A DNA stretch of 55,319 nucleotides, counting the filler, from Platydemus manokwari (taxonomy: Eukaryota): NCBI GenBank assembly GCA_037951405.1. It is 6 parts of 6 records of this genome, joined end to end, with 100 filler letters (N's around TTAATTAATTAA, not from the genome) between each part and the next. Parts side by side here need not be neighbours in the genome. Positions count along the whole stretch, not along the records: positions 46,057 to 55,319 come from JBBMOY011275650.1; 5 more parts are not named here. One strand, 5' to 3'. How positions within the stretch are numbered: the first letter of the stretch is position 1; every line of letters begins with the position of its first letter. Of the stretch, positions 54,324-55,319 are shown one piece after another. The notes under the pieces were generated by a model. That model saw only the letters and a list, made by a program, of their open reading frames with translations, was not told the origin of the DNA and ran no database searches. Position numbers and translations under genes: made by a program.

Positions 54324-55319
54324 TATATATAATGCCATAATTCGATTATTATTCTTGAATATTATAAATATTATTATTATCATTATAATTATTGGTTATT
54401 ATTAAAATTATGAGTAATTTTATATGAAATTAAATTCTATACAAATTAAAATTGTGTAAAATAAAATCGATAAAAATGTTAATATTCTAACAATAATTAT
54501 AATCATCTCCTCTATTTAGTGAATATAAAATTTATAAAGCTTGTTATACTATAATCATAATGATTATAATTATAATGTATATTGATAATTATAAATGTTA
54601 ATCAAATACAAACAGTATAAAACGATAAATTATGTGATGGCAATTGATTTTCACTAACTAAAATCGATGATATGATAGAATATTGTATCCCACGGACCAT
54701 TAAGTAAAAGGATTTGAGTATTCATATTACTGGTTTGGAAATCTTTAACAACCCACAAAAGAAAGTGCGAAGGTTTGAAGGGGAGTCTAATCGTGGGGAT
54801 TAACAAATTTACTCAAAGGTACGGGATAATCGTAAAAATTCTTCGTCTCTTGAGAACGTTTTGATTTCAACAACGGTTACTATCAGAAATCGTGCAAGTG
54901 ACCATTAAAAATTAATCGAATAATTTATTGGACAATAATTGTTGAAACATTTAATCTGATCTTGGCATAATCTGCAATTAAATTTCTGTTCGTATTTTGT
55001 TACTATTTTCTCAATCATGTGGTTGACATTTCAGCTGGTGTGATGTTCTTTGCCACATGCATATCGATTTTGCTTCGTCTAATCGACAAAGCTTAATTTA
55101 TATCTTCCTGGTTTTTGGACATTATATATTACGAATTAGAATTATTATTGTTAGATTGTGAGATTTATGTTTTATAGATATGGGGGTCAATGATGATCTT
55201 TGTTTTTGGCATTAATAATTTTATTATTATTTATTATTATGATTAAGTTTTCATATAAATTTATCCATCAGTTATTTTGTGTGTGAAGATAACCAACATG
55301 CCAAAGATAAATATCTATT

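Overview
Very AT-rich animal genomic DNA with short (about 40-60 bp) GT-AG introns. The style fits a ciliated invertebrate such as a free-living flatworm, but I cannot establish the organism. The window is not one locus: it is six fragments of about 9 kb (1-8937, 9038-17822, 17923-26974, 27075-36050, 36151-45956, 46057-55319) joined by an artificial N44-TTAATTAATTAA-N44 linker, so neighbours across linkers are probably unrelated. Recognisable host genes: a DPY30-domain (DYDC-like) gene head-to-head with a small gene carrying two MDM1/SAXO-like SEYxRxF/YxW motifs, the 5' end of beta-spectrin, a complete five-exon akirin, and the 5' part of an NADPH-dependent FMN reductase. There is also a cluster of three divergent, intronless C3HC3D RING-finger paralogues that share a C-terminal domain I do not recognise; this is the best candidate for an undescribed family. 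The rest is mostly mobile DNA: a decayed, nearly full-length Ty3/Gypsy element, a second Gypsy pol relic, Tc1/mariner and hAT-type MITEs, and DD37D (maT) transposase relics, one sitting at the centre of a long inverted repeat. I found no rRNA, tRNA or CRISPR features.
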